The position numbers were made by a program, and so were the translations under genes. This document shows, piece by piece, positions 13,699 to 25,600 of a stretch of 64,000 nt of DNA. The stretch spans positions 118,234,001 to 118,298,000 of the forward strand of contig OX597821.1 of assembly GCA_951406725.2 (NCBI GenBank). The letters are read 5' to 3'. Every line of letters starts with the position of its first letter. Within the stretch, counting starts at the first letter, position 1. The notes below the pieces were generated by a model. It had not been told where the DNA came from, did no database searches, and saw only the letters and a list, made by a program, of their open reading frames with translations. The stretch comes from Octopus vulgaris (taxonomy: Eukaryota).

Positions 13699-14326
13699 GT
13701 AAGAATAGCATTTTTGTGATTAAGCTAATTTTTTTAATTATAATTAATATTGAATAAATTAATATTAAAAAATAATTAATATTTATAATCATTAGTATTA
13801 AATGATGCATAATTAGTGATATGGATTAATTGGAACCATATAGGAAAACATTTGTATTAATATGACCCCTGAAATTAATCAGGTAAATTATCGATAGTTA
13901 TATAGGTGTGCAGAAGTAGCTGTATAGTAACAAGTTTACTCCCCAACCTCATGGTTCCGGGTTCAGTCCCACTGTGTGGCACCTCTGGATTGCATCTTCT
14001 ACTCTACCCTCAGGCCAACTAAAGCCTTCTCGTTGCATTTGGTAGACAGAACCTGGAAGAAGCCCTTTGTGTGTGTGTGTGTGTGTGCAGGCATTCATGT
14101 CTTTGTATCTGTGTTTGTCTTTCACCATCGATTGACAACTGGTGTTAGTTTGTTTATATTCCTCCATAACAGAGGCTAATAGAATGAGTGCCGGGTTTTT
14201 TGAAATGTAAGTACTAGGCTCAGTTCATTGAAATAAAATCATTGAAGGTGGTGCCTCAGCATGGCTACAGTCTAATGACTGAATCTAGTAAAAGACAAAC
14301 AACAAAAGATATTTAATTAGTTATAC

Positions 14327-14372
<46 letters not shown>

Positions 14373-14374
<2 letters not shown>

Positions 14375-14802
14375 TTATTTTAAGATAGTGTACATTAAAC
14401 ACAGAAGAAAACTTTTAAAAACAAAACAAAGGTAATTTTTACATGCTATAAGAAGCTGCCAATACGGCCAAAATCACGATTTAATAGCAATTTTCGAAGG
14501 AAATGAAAAATAAAAACTTTTACCTTGTTATTTTTATTTGCGGTTATACCATGGTTTCAAATTTCTTTACAAATAAGATTATCTGCCACCCTTTAATACG
14601 TAATTTAGCAGACAAGATTATCTGCCAGGCGAATTCTCATCAGTAACCAGCCTCAATAACTAACTTATAATTCAGAGACAAAATAACACGTGTCCCATCA
14701 TTACATGTTATAATTTTCCAAACTTCTGTGCGCAAGCGGAGTTTCAGTCGGCAATAAGCATATAATGCTGAGTTCGGCATTATTTGTTTATTGCCGACTG
14801 AA
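14373..14802 (-). mobile_element. Penelope-like pseudo-LTR fragment, (TA)n-anchored, hammerhead plus terminal hairpin
   Basis: Abuts (TA)n at ~14372, contains the hammerhead motif, ends in a 62-nt hairpin at 14741-14802. Confidence 0.6.
14542..14648 (-). ncRNA. Type I hammerhead ribozyme motif (Penelope-type), long loop II
   Basis: GGUUA-CUGAUGA-GAAUU...AAUUU-GAAA-CCAUGG-UA/UAACC: 5-bp stem I, palindromic stem III ACCAUGGU, GUA triplet. Confidence 0.72.
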
Positions 14803-14951
14803 AAGAGATTAGAGTTGTGGAGGAGCAGGGGTAGGTGTCCTGCAGTAAATAAATAAATGTGATGTTAAAAGTTCTTCAGCTGTTGATCTTTCTCATGACA
14901 TCTCAAGGTTTAGCTTCTTTTCTGTATTTCCTTTCTTACAACCCTCATTAG

Positions 14952-15050
14952 CATTTGAAGTGCCCCGGAAATTGCCCATGTGTATTTGTTACCATGGTGG
15001 TTCTTGTATTCAAGGAAGCAATGGAACTTACATCTGCCACTGCAAGGAAG
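14952..15050 (+). CDS. LRP2: LRP2-like, juxtamembrane EGF (first part)
   Basis: cattag/gtaaga, phase 1-1; AFEVPRKLPMCICYHGGSCIQGSNGTYICHCKE (this frame is not in the ORF track). Confidence 0.85.
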
Positions 15051-15098
15051 GTAAGAATTATTGCTGACAAAATACTTCATGTACACACACAGACACTC

Positions 15099-15153
<55 letters not shown>

Positions 15154-15423
15154 CACATATCACATACATACGCTCACACACGACCACACAGTCACACACA
15201 TACACAAACACACACACACACATGCATAATCACACACAATCACTTAAACATACAACACAAAACATACATACAATTACACACACACATACACAGTCCACAC
15301 ACACACATAGTTACACATCACATACATACAGTCATACACAATCACACAGTCACACACATGTACACAATCAATTATACATAACCACACACAATCACATATA
15401 CAAGCACACAAAACACACAATTA

Positions 15424-15461
<38 letters not shown>

Positions 15462-15556
15462 CACACACACACACAAAACACACACATGCTGAATATTTCA
15501 CTTGGCAACCCCAGTATCCAAGGACGCAGCTCCCAAAGCAGAATATGGCTAACATG

Positions 15557-15620
<64 letters not shown>

Positions 15621-16322
15621 GCCACAGTAACTGCATAAAGAATATAATTACATGGAATTCAGAGATGATGGACAATCACTGAAAGACACACCATATTTGA
15701 TTGCATAGGCACAGGCATGGCCGTATGGTTAAGAAGCTTGCTTCCTAACCACATGGTTTCAGGTTCAGTCCCACTGCATGGCACCTTGGGCAAATGTCTT
15801 CTCCTATTGCCTTGGGCTGACCAAAGCCTTATCAGTAGATTTGGTAGACAGAAACTGAAGGAATCCCATTCTATGTGTGTGTGTGTGTGTGTGTGTGCAC
15901 GTGTTTGTCCCCACCACTGCTTGATGATTTATGTTGGTTTGTTTACATCCCCATAACTTAGCAGTTCAGCAAAGGGTTCATTAGAAGAAGTACCAGGCTT
16001 TAAAAAAAGGATTACATTTTGGAGTTGATTTATTCAACTAAAATTCTTCAAGGTGGTGCCCCAGCATGGCCTCAATCTATTTCTGGGATATTCTGTCATC
16101 AGAGACAAATAGGGAAAATGAGAAGGGTATAGATTAATGAAATGATGACAAAGAAGACATGAGTAAAGGAATAAGGAGATGAAGAGAGAGAAGAAAAAGA
16201 AGCATAAAAGTTCGCAGTTTAACTTTCCGATGTTGTAGAAATAAGTCCATAAGTACAATCCTGCATAGATCCATGTGGGTACCTATTTGCTTAGATCACC
16301 TGTGAACTAAACCCCCATACTT

Positions 16323-16362
<40 letters not shown>

Positions 16363-16536
16363 CATGTGTGTGTGTGTGTGTGTGCATACCCAAAGCAGCA
16401 TGGAAGCTGGATGTTAGAAGACGACGACGATGATATATATATATATATAATTTAATAAATAAAATATATGCATACATACATACATATATGTACGTACCTA
16501 CATCTACATGTATATATACATGTAGATATATATATC

Positions 16537-16724
16537 TAATGTAGGATAAATTTTTTTTTCTTTTTCGAAAAAAATTTTATCAATGGCCATATTAAAAAAT
16601 ACCTTTAAAGGCTAAATTTATATAATTCATAAATAAGGGCAAACGAAAAAGTTCCTAATGCCAAATATGCCGGCATATTTGGCATTAGGAACTTTTTCGT
16701 TTGCCCTTATTTATGAATTATATA
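16537..16724. mobile_element. (TA)n-embedded fold-back element, copy 1
   Basis: Starts taatgtaggataa; perfect loopless palindrome at 16619-16724 centred on gcc/ggc. Confidence 0.7.
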
Positions 16725-16777
16725 TATATATATATATATATATTTCTTTTTCTTAATGAATATATTTTATTTTCAAG

Positions 16778-16843
16778 GCTATTATGGTGTGGATTGTTCG
16801 CTTATGACTGCCAGGGGCCTCTTGAGTGCCCTCAGGTCTACCA
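16778..16843 (+). CDS. LRP2: LRP2-like, juxtamembrane EGF (end)
   Basis: ttcaag/gtaagt, 66 nt, phase 1-1; GYYGVDCSLMTARGLLSALRST supplies the GYxGxxC that completes the EGF. Confidence 0.85.
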
Positions 16844-17207
16844 GTAAGTATTTGCTATTATAATTCTTAACGAAGCTTCTTAATTAAAATAAATGATGCA
16901 AGATTGATGCATGACATTGTGGCTAAGTGATTCACTTCACAACCATGTGGTTTTGAGTTCAATCTCACTGCACAGCACACGCAAGTTGTAAAGGGAATTT
17001 AATAGATGGAAGCTATATGGAAGCTTATTTTGTGTGTGTGTGTGCGTACAGGTGCTCATATTTATAGACACACACTGCTTTCTACTGAGAAACTTGTTCC
17101 CAACCATTTGGTATCAGGTTCAGTCCTACTTCATTGTACCTAGTTTTCTACTGTAGTTCTGGGCCGACCAAAGCCTTATGGGCGAATTTGGTTGAAAGAA
17201 GCCCACC

Positions 17208-17238
<31 letters not shown>

Positions 17239-17242
<4 letters not shown>

Positions 17243-17394
17243 GTAGGATAACATTTTTTTCGAAAAAAATTTTTATCAATGGCTAGCATATTAAAAAATA
17301 CCTTTAAAGGTTAAATTTATAAATAACTTATAAAATAAGGGTAAAAGTAAAATTCTAATTAGAATTTTTATTTTGCCCTTATTTTATAAGTTAT
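17239..17394. mobile_element. (TA)n-embedded fold-back element, copy 2 of the same family
   Basis: Same left end as 16537; palindrome at 17323-17394 turning at a different point. Confidence 0.7.
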
Positions 17395-17976
17395 ATATAT
17401 AATTTGGGAAAACGAATTTCAGAGAAAAAAATTGTCAGAGCTTTAATGCTTCTGGGAGACCCAACTTCACATACAGGACCAGGGGTGACTTTTTATGAAA
17501 CTTGATTTTTCAAAAGGAAAAAGAGAAAAGGGGAGGGGGGAATCACATATGCCATGAAATACAGTCGTCACCTTCCCAGCAAGTAAACTGGCTGAAGTCA
17601 GTACAGTTTCAGTTTCATTTCATACCAGCAATCTAACATTGTGTATACTTTTAGGAAATGTTACAATATCTCCTTTCCCTTTGACATAATTCAAACAAAA
17701 TTAATGTTTATTGTATTGCATCTTGGGAAGGTCACTATATCAATAAACACAAACACTGGTTTTATTGCACTTCTTTATTTGTCAATTGGTTAAATAGTTA
17801 AGAAATGAAACAGAGCCAGTGTGTGTGTTTATTATTGGCATAATGACCCTCTTAAAATACATCATAATATGTTTCAATACATGAAATCATATCAAAAATC
17901 ATGCAAACCAAATACAAAGATGGAACTTATATTCAAAATATTTATTTTTTTCATTTTACTTTCTTTCTTTAAACAG

Positions 17977-18064
17977 AGGTCACAGCAATTACAGTTCCTA
18001 TTGTTCTACTGCTGATCATGGGAGGCTTGACTCTAGCTGGTTATTACCTCATTAAAAAACGCAG
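17977..18064 (+). CDS. LRP2: LRP2-like, transmembrane exon
   Basis: aaacag/gtaaga, phase 1-2; VTAITVPIVLLLIMGGLTLAGYYLI followed by basic KKRR. Confidence 0.9.
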
Positions 18065-18537
18065 GTAAGAATATTTAACAAGACTCAACAAGTACTCAGA
18101 GAGTGTGGCATTTATTTATATTTTTCTTTCACACAGCCATCTTTTCCCTCCCAAATCCACCCACCCATCATCTCTGCCCACTGTTCTTGGGATGGTCTTG
18201 GAAGTAGACTCTTCAGACATCTCTTTTATAAGGTTAAGTTAAAGTTCCATTCTTGGGTCATGTTGCCTCATAAGGGCTAGTGTACTGGTCTCTATGGCGT
18301 ATATATATTCCCCACCTAGATGGGACACCACTCCGTTGCAGGGTTATTCATTTTTGCCTGCTGTGTGTGCTGGAGCGATGTGGAATGAAATGTTTTGTTC
18401 AAGAACACAACACATCACCCAATCCAAGAATCAAAATCACAATCTTATGTCCAACACCTCTAACCACTCATCCACGTGCCTCCACACCTCCTTCATAGGG
18501 TCCTCCCACACAAACAGCTCTTATTACAATTTCTGAC

Positions 18538-18805
18538 TGGTGACACGTAAAAGCACCAACCGATCGTGGCCGTTTGCCAGCCTGCTCTGGCTCCTGTGCC
18601 GGTGGCATGTAAAAAACACCCACTACACTCACGGAGTGGTTGGCGTTAGGAAGGGCATCCAGCTGTAGAAACACTGCCAAATCAGACTGGAGCCTGGTGC
18701 TGCCTCCATGGCTTACCAGACCCCGGTCGAACCGTCCAACCCATGCTAGCATGGAAAATGGACGTTAAACGATGATAATAATGATGATGATGATGATGAT
18801 GATGA
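18538..18805 (+). mobile_element. SINE/RTE-tail family C ending in (GAT)n (copies near 7630-7836, 10740-11030, 29865-30050-, 35745-36080-, 44843-45170-, 60250-60507)
   Basis: gtggttggcgttaggaagggcatccagctgtagaaac...acccatgctagcatggaaa..gacgttaaacgatgatgat. Confidence 0.8.
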
Positions 18806-19376
18806 TTCCCAAGCATGACCAACTGAGACTGTGGATATCATCCGACCATTTCATTCTCGGTCTGGCCCTTGGTCTATGCTTACGTCTCTTGCCAGTTGGC
18901 TCAGTTTCAAAAGTCCATCTTGTACTTCTTTACTGTCACATTCTAATCACATTGTGCCCAGACAGAGCTATGACCTCGCAAAACAAAGATCTCCCTGATC
19001 TCCGTGTCATGTACCCTTCATGTATAAATTCGCTAATTGTTCCCAGCTGGAGCAAAAAATTAAGCACACATTTCATTGCAATGACTTGTCATTCTCATTA
19101 TTGTCATTGTCACCATCAATGCCACCACCACCACCACCACTGCCGCTGTCTTCATCATCGTCATCGTTATCATCATTCACTTTTCTATGGTTGCATGAGT
19201 CTTATGGCATGCTATTGAAGTAGATTTTATGGTAGGATGCCCTTCCTGTCACAGACCCTCACCTGTTTCTAAGCAACATATTTCCACATGACCAGACATG
19301 AATTCACAGAATATTTGAAATGAATAAGTCACTTATTACAATCACATAATGTCAAGAAAAGGACACAAGCACACAT

Positions 19377-19433
<57 letters not shown>

Positions 19434-20185
19434 CATATATCCATGACAACTAGGATTGTGAAAAATAACCCCTGAAACTAAACACTTCAAACTGTTTAGT
19501 TGGTGCAATCATAAGAAGCAATTTATATTGGAGGCATGGATTTCCCCTCTTGCTTATGAGTGAACAGAAATCATACATAAATTGACACCTTTTGGACCTA
19601 ACTGGAACTGGTCCAAATGAGATAACACCATCTTGCACAGAAGGGATTTTGCTTCAAAGAATTTTATTTCAGGGATTTTCACAACCCTGGCTGACCAATA
19701 CTGTATCTTTACTTCCATCAGAAAAGAAGTTATGTGTCTCTGGTCAGTAGGTCTGATGTGTTACTGATATTGCTAAGAGCATAAGAGGCATGAAACCTAT
19801 GGTAACTTTCTAATCAGCCATAACTAACGACTACTTTAAATATTATTGCTCAAAAGGTTATTTACAGTGTGCTTTTTATGGGCTTATGAACAGCTCTGTG
19901 TGTGTGTGTGTGTGTGTTTGTATACGTGACAACCTTCTTTAAGTTTTCATCAAACAGATCCTCTCACAAGGCTTTCGTTGGCCTGGAACTTTAGCAGAAG
20001 ACACTTGACCAAGGTGCCATGCAATGGGACTGAACCCCAAACCATGTTGTTGGTTGGAAAATAATCTGAACCACACTTCATTAAAATTGGTTTCTTGTTT
20101 GTTTGTTTGTTTTCCATTTACCACATTTTTACTACTTCATTTAATTGAATTCAATTATACTTTCTTTTATTTCCAAACTGCGTAG

Positions 20186-20318
20186 GATATTTTCCATGAG
20201 TTTGTTCTCTAGGGGTCAAGATGAGCCCCATGATCCTTCAGGAGTCGTAGCTTATCGTGACAATGGAAACATCCAAATTGATTCCCCAAATTATGAAAAT
20301 GCAGCAGAAATGGAGATT
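20186..20318 (+). CDS. LRP2: LRP2-like, cytoplasmic tail exon (alternative in-frame acceptor at 20213)
   Basis: phase 2-0, gtgagt donor; (IFSMSLFSR)GQDEPHDPSGVVAYRDNGNIQIDSPNYENAAEMEI; 5' boundary ambiguous between two AGs. Confidence 0.75.
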
Positions 20319-20809
20319 GTGAGTATTGAACTTTAATCTGCTTCTTTGTTTCCTGTATTCATAACAAAGGCCCGTGGTGGCCTAATTGCTAAGGTGCTGC
20401 ACCTGGCCACAAAACTTGGTTTTGATTCCTAGACCAGCAAAACATATCATTTCACATTGCTGCCACTCAGCAACATGCAGGTGTCCCATCCAGGGGCAAC
20501 ACTGTCAGTTAAGGTGCATGGATTAGTGATTAGGGTATTCAGCTCGCAATCATAAGGTCCTGAGTTCATCTCATGCTGTGTCCTTCAGCAAGACACTTTA
20601 CTTCACATTACTCCAGTCCATTCTGCTGGTAAAAATGAGTTGTACCTGTATTTCAAAGAGCTAGCCTTGTCACATTCTGTGTCACACTGAATCTGCCTGA
20701 CAACTATGTTAAGTGTATGTGTGTCTGTGGAGTACTCAGCCACTTGCACATTAATTTCATTAGCAGGCTGTTCCATTGATCCGATCAACTGAATCACTCG
20801 TAATTGATG

Positions 20810-21400
20810 AAGTGTCAGCTAACATTGTCGACTTGGTCACTTACACCATGCCAAAAAGTTGATCTGCTTGTACATGAACTGCCCGAGAAAGCTGTAGGAA
20901 ATCACCTGGCACAGAGGTCCTCTCTCAAGCTGATCTGCCAAGCATTTACACACTTTCGAGGAGTACATAAGTCTGGTGGGCAGGCCACCTTGTTTGAATG
21001 CCTGACACATGATTTCTCAAGGGATTGTTTTATAGCAAACTGGTGGAATACAAGCACATGTAAGGTGGAGAGGAAAAGCACTTCAAGAATTGACTCAAAG
21101 CCTCACTGAAGAGCTTTGAGATCAACTCTGACCCCTGGGGGACACAAGCACAAGTCCTGCCTGGTGTAGTGGCACCAGCAGAGGTACTACCCCTTACAAT
21201 CAGAACAGGATTGCAAGGGCATGAAGTAAACGTGAACTGCTCAAGTCCAGTGCCAACTCCTTGCCTTCAGGCTCAGCAGAACCATCAGAGTCCAACCTGC
21301 AGCAGAACCTTCTGTGCATGCATTGGACTGGTCAGCCACAGCCAGACACACCATGTCCTGTTTTTCTCTCCCATGTAATGTCCTTGGTCAACAAGATCAA
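20810..21400 (+). mobile_element. Decayed RTE/BovB-like LINE 3' end
   Basis: WAGHLV.MPDT..KGLFYSKL..LKASLK and terminal PTCSRTF...IGLVSHSQTH. Confidence 0.65.
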
Positions 21401-21559
21401 CAAGAACAAATAAACTAATTGTAATACATATATGTGGCAGGCTTCTTTGCAGTTTCCGTCTACACACACGAAGTGCAGTATTTAAAAGTCTGTTTGATTA
21501 TATTTCTTTCCATAATGTACAAATCTTTTACATATAAGTTCTTTTCTCTCTCATTGCAG

Positions 21560-21814
21560 GCTTCAATTGAAAATGAATACAGCTTACCAGATCCTACGAC
21601 ACCAACAAATTTCAGCAACCCAATGTTTGGAATGGATACACCAGCAAAAGAACTGAAACCATCAAAAACAGATGAGAAACCACCCGGAAGTCCTAAAGAT
21701 AAGAAAGCTAAAAAGGAGAACCTTTATGTGACTCTAATGACATCGAAAGCTCTTGACCCGACGGAGGATACGGAGAGAGATACGGCAGATTTAGTAACAA
21801 GAGGGGATCACTGA
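21560..21814 (+). CDS. LRP2: LRP2-like, terminal coding exon
   Basis: ttgcag acceptor, phase 0; PTNFSNPMF and C-terminal PTEDTERDTADLVTRGDH*, resembling the megalin end (TEDTFKDTANLV). Confidence 0.88.
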   Translation, partial: ASIENEYSLPDPTTPTNFSNPMFGMDTPAKELKPSKTDEKPPGSPKDKKAKKENLYVTLMTSKALDPTEDTERDTADLVTRGDH

Positions 21815-22143
21815 GTCATAAAGCCCAGCTAAAGACATTGAGCCATATGCATCTACCTCTCCTGATGTGGACGAACAAACTCCCCTGAAACCCTTTTACA
21901 TTCCAGCAACACAAAGAACACTAAATTTCCATTGGACAATTTTGGAAACATTTAAAATATTCAAAAAGCTGTGATTCTTGCAAAACTCAGAGAAAAAAAA
22001 CAACAGTCATTTTGTTTTTCTGGTGGGGAGAGCACAGGTGACTACTCAGCACCCTTGGACCTTTTTCTCTTTAGTATATGGCTCTTCCAGCCCAGCCCCT
22101 CCCTCTCACTCACTGCCTCCCCCCACATCCCTCACCCAATAGA

Positions 22144-22303
22144 AATAAAAAATAACTAAAAAAAAAGGAAATATCGATATTCCTGAGCTGAAAAGTATTG
22201 TGGCAAAAGAAGAAGAAGGAAGGAAGGAAGCAGATTTAATAGGAATTGTTATGTCTCGTTGTGTCCCAACTCTCTTTTCTCAAATGTTTTGGAAGAAAAT
22301 AAA
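22144..22303 (+). terminator. Candidate polyadenylation signals of the LRP2-like gene
   Basis: AATAAA at 22144-22149 and 22298-22303, downstream of the stop and before transposon sequence begins; AT-rich context so weak evidence. Confidence 0.35.
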
Positions 22304-22339
22304 AAAAAATGTAAACCTTTGTTAAAGATGTTATTGATT

Positions 22340-22530
22340 TGCAGTTCCACAATGGTGCTGGAATGGTAAGTGCCAGAAAGCATTTGGCGAGTTAAAAAAG
22401 TATTTTAACATTGGACTTATCGTTAACGCATTTTGATCCAAAGTTGGATATGGATTTGGCTACAGATGCAAGTGATTACGATGTAGGAGCCATGCTTCTG
22501 CACAAATATGACGATGGGAGTAAAAAAGCG
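22340..22530 (+). mobile_element. Ty3/Gypsy RT-RNase H fragment
   Basis: W..KCQKAF.ELKK..LTHFDPKL...LATDASDY.VGA.L.H..DDGS. Confidence 0.7.
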
Positions 22531-22578
22531 ATCATTAATTATGCACCAACCCAATATCTATATCTATCTATCTATCTA

Positions 22579-22669
<91 letters not shown>

Positions 22670-22829
22670 GTTGGTGCATCATTAATGATCACTTTTCTAT
22701 TCTAAATTTTATATATATATATATAGTTCAAAATTCAACAAAGAATTATGAATGATAAAGAAAAAGGACATAGTCAATCGTTGGCAGACAGTTTATTAAG
22801 GCTTCTTTCTACTCTTTCAGCCGCTACAA

Positions 22830-23640
22830 GTATTTCATTAAGCGAAATCTCGCAGTCTGCACGAATCATACGGTGATTAGTTGTTCTCAGTCGTTTCCTC
22901 TCGCGCTTTTCCACCTTGTAGAGTGTTAAGCAGTAGGCACCGTTCATAGCATTCATCGGGTGGATGTCACATTTGGTGACCAATCCATCTCAGCCGGCGC
23001 TCCTTTATCCATGTGCTCATTTTGTCAGCCATTTGATACAATGTATCATTAGAAATGAGATCCTTATAGGATATCTGATATATTTTCCCTCTGGTTTCTT
23101 GCGTGGAAAGTCTTCACCATGGCCTTTTGACGATTTCTGTTCATCTCCCATTTCTCGCATCCATTTGTAAATTCGGACGACATAGAGCTTTGCACATCTT
23201 TACCTTCGTTATTAAGGTTGATGTCAGACGACCAAAGGCGTTGCTCCAAACGCATCTCTCCTTCTGTCTATGAAGTCACTGCTTTGAGTCGTAAGAGACA
23301 TCAGTTACAGCCGATAAAAGTTGAGTTGAATTTCCATATCAAGACGCCTGTTGTTTCGTTTTTGTTTATATTAATTATTATTTCGTTTTGTTTATATTGT
23401 TTCGCTTATTTCCGGCCCCACAGCCTTTGCTTCGTGCAAGACACGATCCAAGCAAGCCCTGTGCTTTTATGAAGGTAGGAGCAAAGAGAACAATATCATC
23501 TGTAAATGCGAGATAGGCCTACTTATGTGACTCTGATTTGAGAATTCCATTCTCTGTATGGGTTGCAGCTTTCATTACATGATCTAAAAACCCACCAAAA
23601 TAAAGTGCTAAGGAATCACCTTGCAGAATTCCACTCTGAG
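22830..23640 (-). mobile_element. Old LINE RT remnant
   Basis: GILQGDSLA, LAFTDDIVL and WIKERRLRWIGH motifs in order on the minus strand. Confidence 0.55.
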
Positions 23641-23819
23641 GCAAATTGACAAATAATAATAAAAGAAGTGAAATACAACCAGTGTGTGTGTGTGTGTGCA
23701 TGTGTGTTTGTATGCGTGTATTTATATTCAAGGTATAATGACCCTCCCGAAAAATAGCAAAATATGTTTAAAAACTCTAATGCAAATTATATATATATTT
23801 ACACACACACACACGCGCA

Positions 23820-24328
23820 CAGAAGGTGCGATTGGTAAATTGTCGCCATTTTATATTTTTAATTCCGTGCATACTCATTGTTTGTTTTTGATTTTGTGGA
23901 TTACACAGTAGTGTAGCGTCGGTTGGGTACCACCTGTGAGGAAAACAGCACCATGACGCAATTCACTCTGCCAAAAATTTGGAAATGACGTGCTGTACTG
24001 CTTGGTATTCATGCCAGAAGCTCCAATACGAACATTTCAGGGTGTTTGAGTGTCAATCTGAGGACATATACCGAGAATGATAAAAATCAAACATCCAGTC
24101 AACACCATGGTGTTTGGAATGAACACTAGTGATAGCGACGTTATGCCTCCATTCATCTTCCCACACGGCCTCAGACTCGTTATGGAGGCTTACATCAAGG
24201 GCCTGGAAGTAGTGTTGACCTGGGTCAAGAGAGTGGCTGCTGGAAGACCATATGTCTAGCAACAGGACTCTGCACCATGTCACACATACAGGAGAATCCT
24301 GTCAGACAATTTCTGCGACCACATCAAG
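23820..24328 (+). mobile_element. Tc1/mariner (maT-like) deleted transposon
   Basis: KHPV..MVFG...DVMPPFIFPHGLRL...RPYV.QQDSAPCHT; second copy of its left end at 48557-48925. Confidence 0.75.
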
Positions 24329-25013
24329 CGAAAGACGGAAGATAGAATATACGAGAATTTATTATTAAGCACAATTACTTTTTTGACACTTCTAGCATCG
24401 ATCCCTCACGGGTGGGACACTCATCAACTGGTTCTGGAGCATATCCAGCGGCGCAGATGTGTCTCATCAGCTGATAAATAGATGCAACTCGTTAAAATAA
24501 CTGTTCCGCAATGTAACTTCTTGTTTTGTAGAAAGAAAAGCAGCCAGACAGAGGAAATAACTTTGTTTGCATAGAAGATCAAAAATAAAATCACAAATGG
24601 AAAAAAGAGAAACGAACAGGCAATACAGCGAGAAAATTATTGAAAATAACCGTTAAGAAATATGAATGTATAAATGCCCTCGGGCAAGCTGCATGGGGCA
24701 TGTACACTCGCTCATATCTGCGAAAATGTGAACATACGCACATCTGAAGGCGGCGAGCTGGCAGAAACGTTAGCACCCCGGGTGAAATGCGTAGCTGTAT
24801 TTCGTCTGCCGTTACGTTCTGAGTTCTAGAGGTCGACTTTGCCTTTCATCCTTTCGGGGTCGATAAATTAAGTACCATTTACGCACTGAGGTCGATATAA
24901 TCGACTTAATCCGTTTGTCTGTCCTTGTTTGTCCCTTCTGTGTTTAGCCCCTTGTGGACAGTAGAGAAATAGAAAATGTGAGCATACGCACATGTGAGGT
25001 TTGGGGCACTCGT

Positions 25014-25214
25014 TATTGGATTAGTGCATAATTATTGCGGCTTTTTTCAGGAAATTTTATTCAACAAAATTTAACAAAAACATCTTTAAGTGACGGTCTG
25101 ACCGTCTGCCAAGCAAATGGGAAGCAGTAATTGAAGTAGATGGTGAATATGTCCCGGAATAATCATTTGAAGATGTTTGAAAAAAAAAACGCAATAATTA
25201 TGCACCAACCCATT
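25014..25214 (+). mobile_element. Mariner-derived MITE
   Basis: TIRs ..tgcataattattgcg / cgcaataattatgcaccaaccc..; internal RLPSKWEAVIEVDGEY; related TIR pieces at 22530-22555 and 22664-22695. Confidence 0.75.
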
Positions 25215-25299
25215 AATGATCTACTTGGTGTTTGTAAGAATGGAGAGATTAACAGGAAACTTGAGTCATCTTAAAGTAAATTATGTTAACATTTACTCA

Positions 25300-25600
25300 A
25301 AATTAATTCCCACTGCATTGCGCGAGAGTGCATTTATATGCGTATAGGCATCTTGAGAGTCTTTCAGAAATTCTATTAATGATCTCCTCATTAGTCCACA
25401 GAATAGACAGGGATTCCTCGGAGTAGAGACGGCATCTGGAAATTGTATATCTTCAATCAGTCGCCATACAAAATCGGCCAAAGATGTTGAATGTCTCTTA
25501 ATGATTTTTTAAAATCTGACAACATGGTTGCAATAACGATTCTTAAATGAATTAGTCGTCTACTCGATGTTAACACATGCCCCCACCCCGCCTTGTGTGC
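25300..25600 (-). mobile_element. Decayed Penelope-like GIY-YIG endonuclease fragment
   Basis: TTNSFKNRYCNH...KRHSTSLADFVWRL...PCLFC resembles the T..FK.R..NH...ST.LS.Y.W.LK...C.LC pattern of PLE endonucleases; stops and frameshifts. Confidence 0.55.

Noticed and set aside
14955-15557. 200-aa His/Thr-rich ORF
   Set aside because: (CA)n-derived; the real exon at 14952-15050 is in another frame
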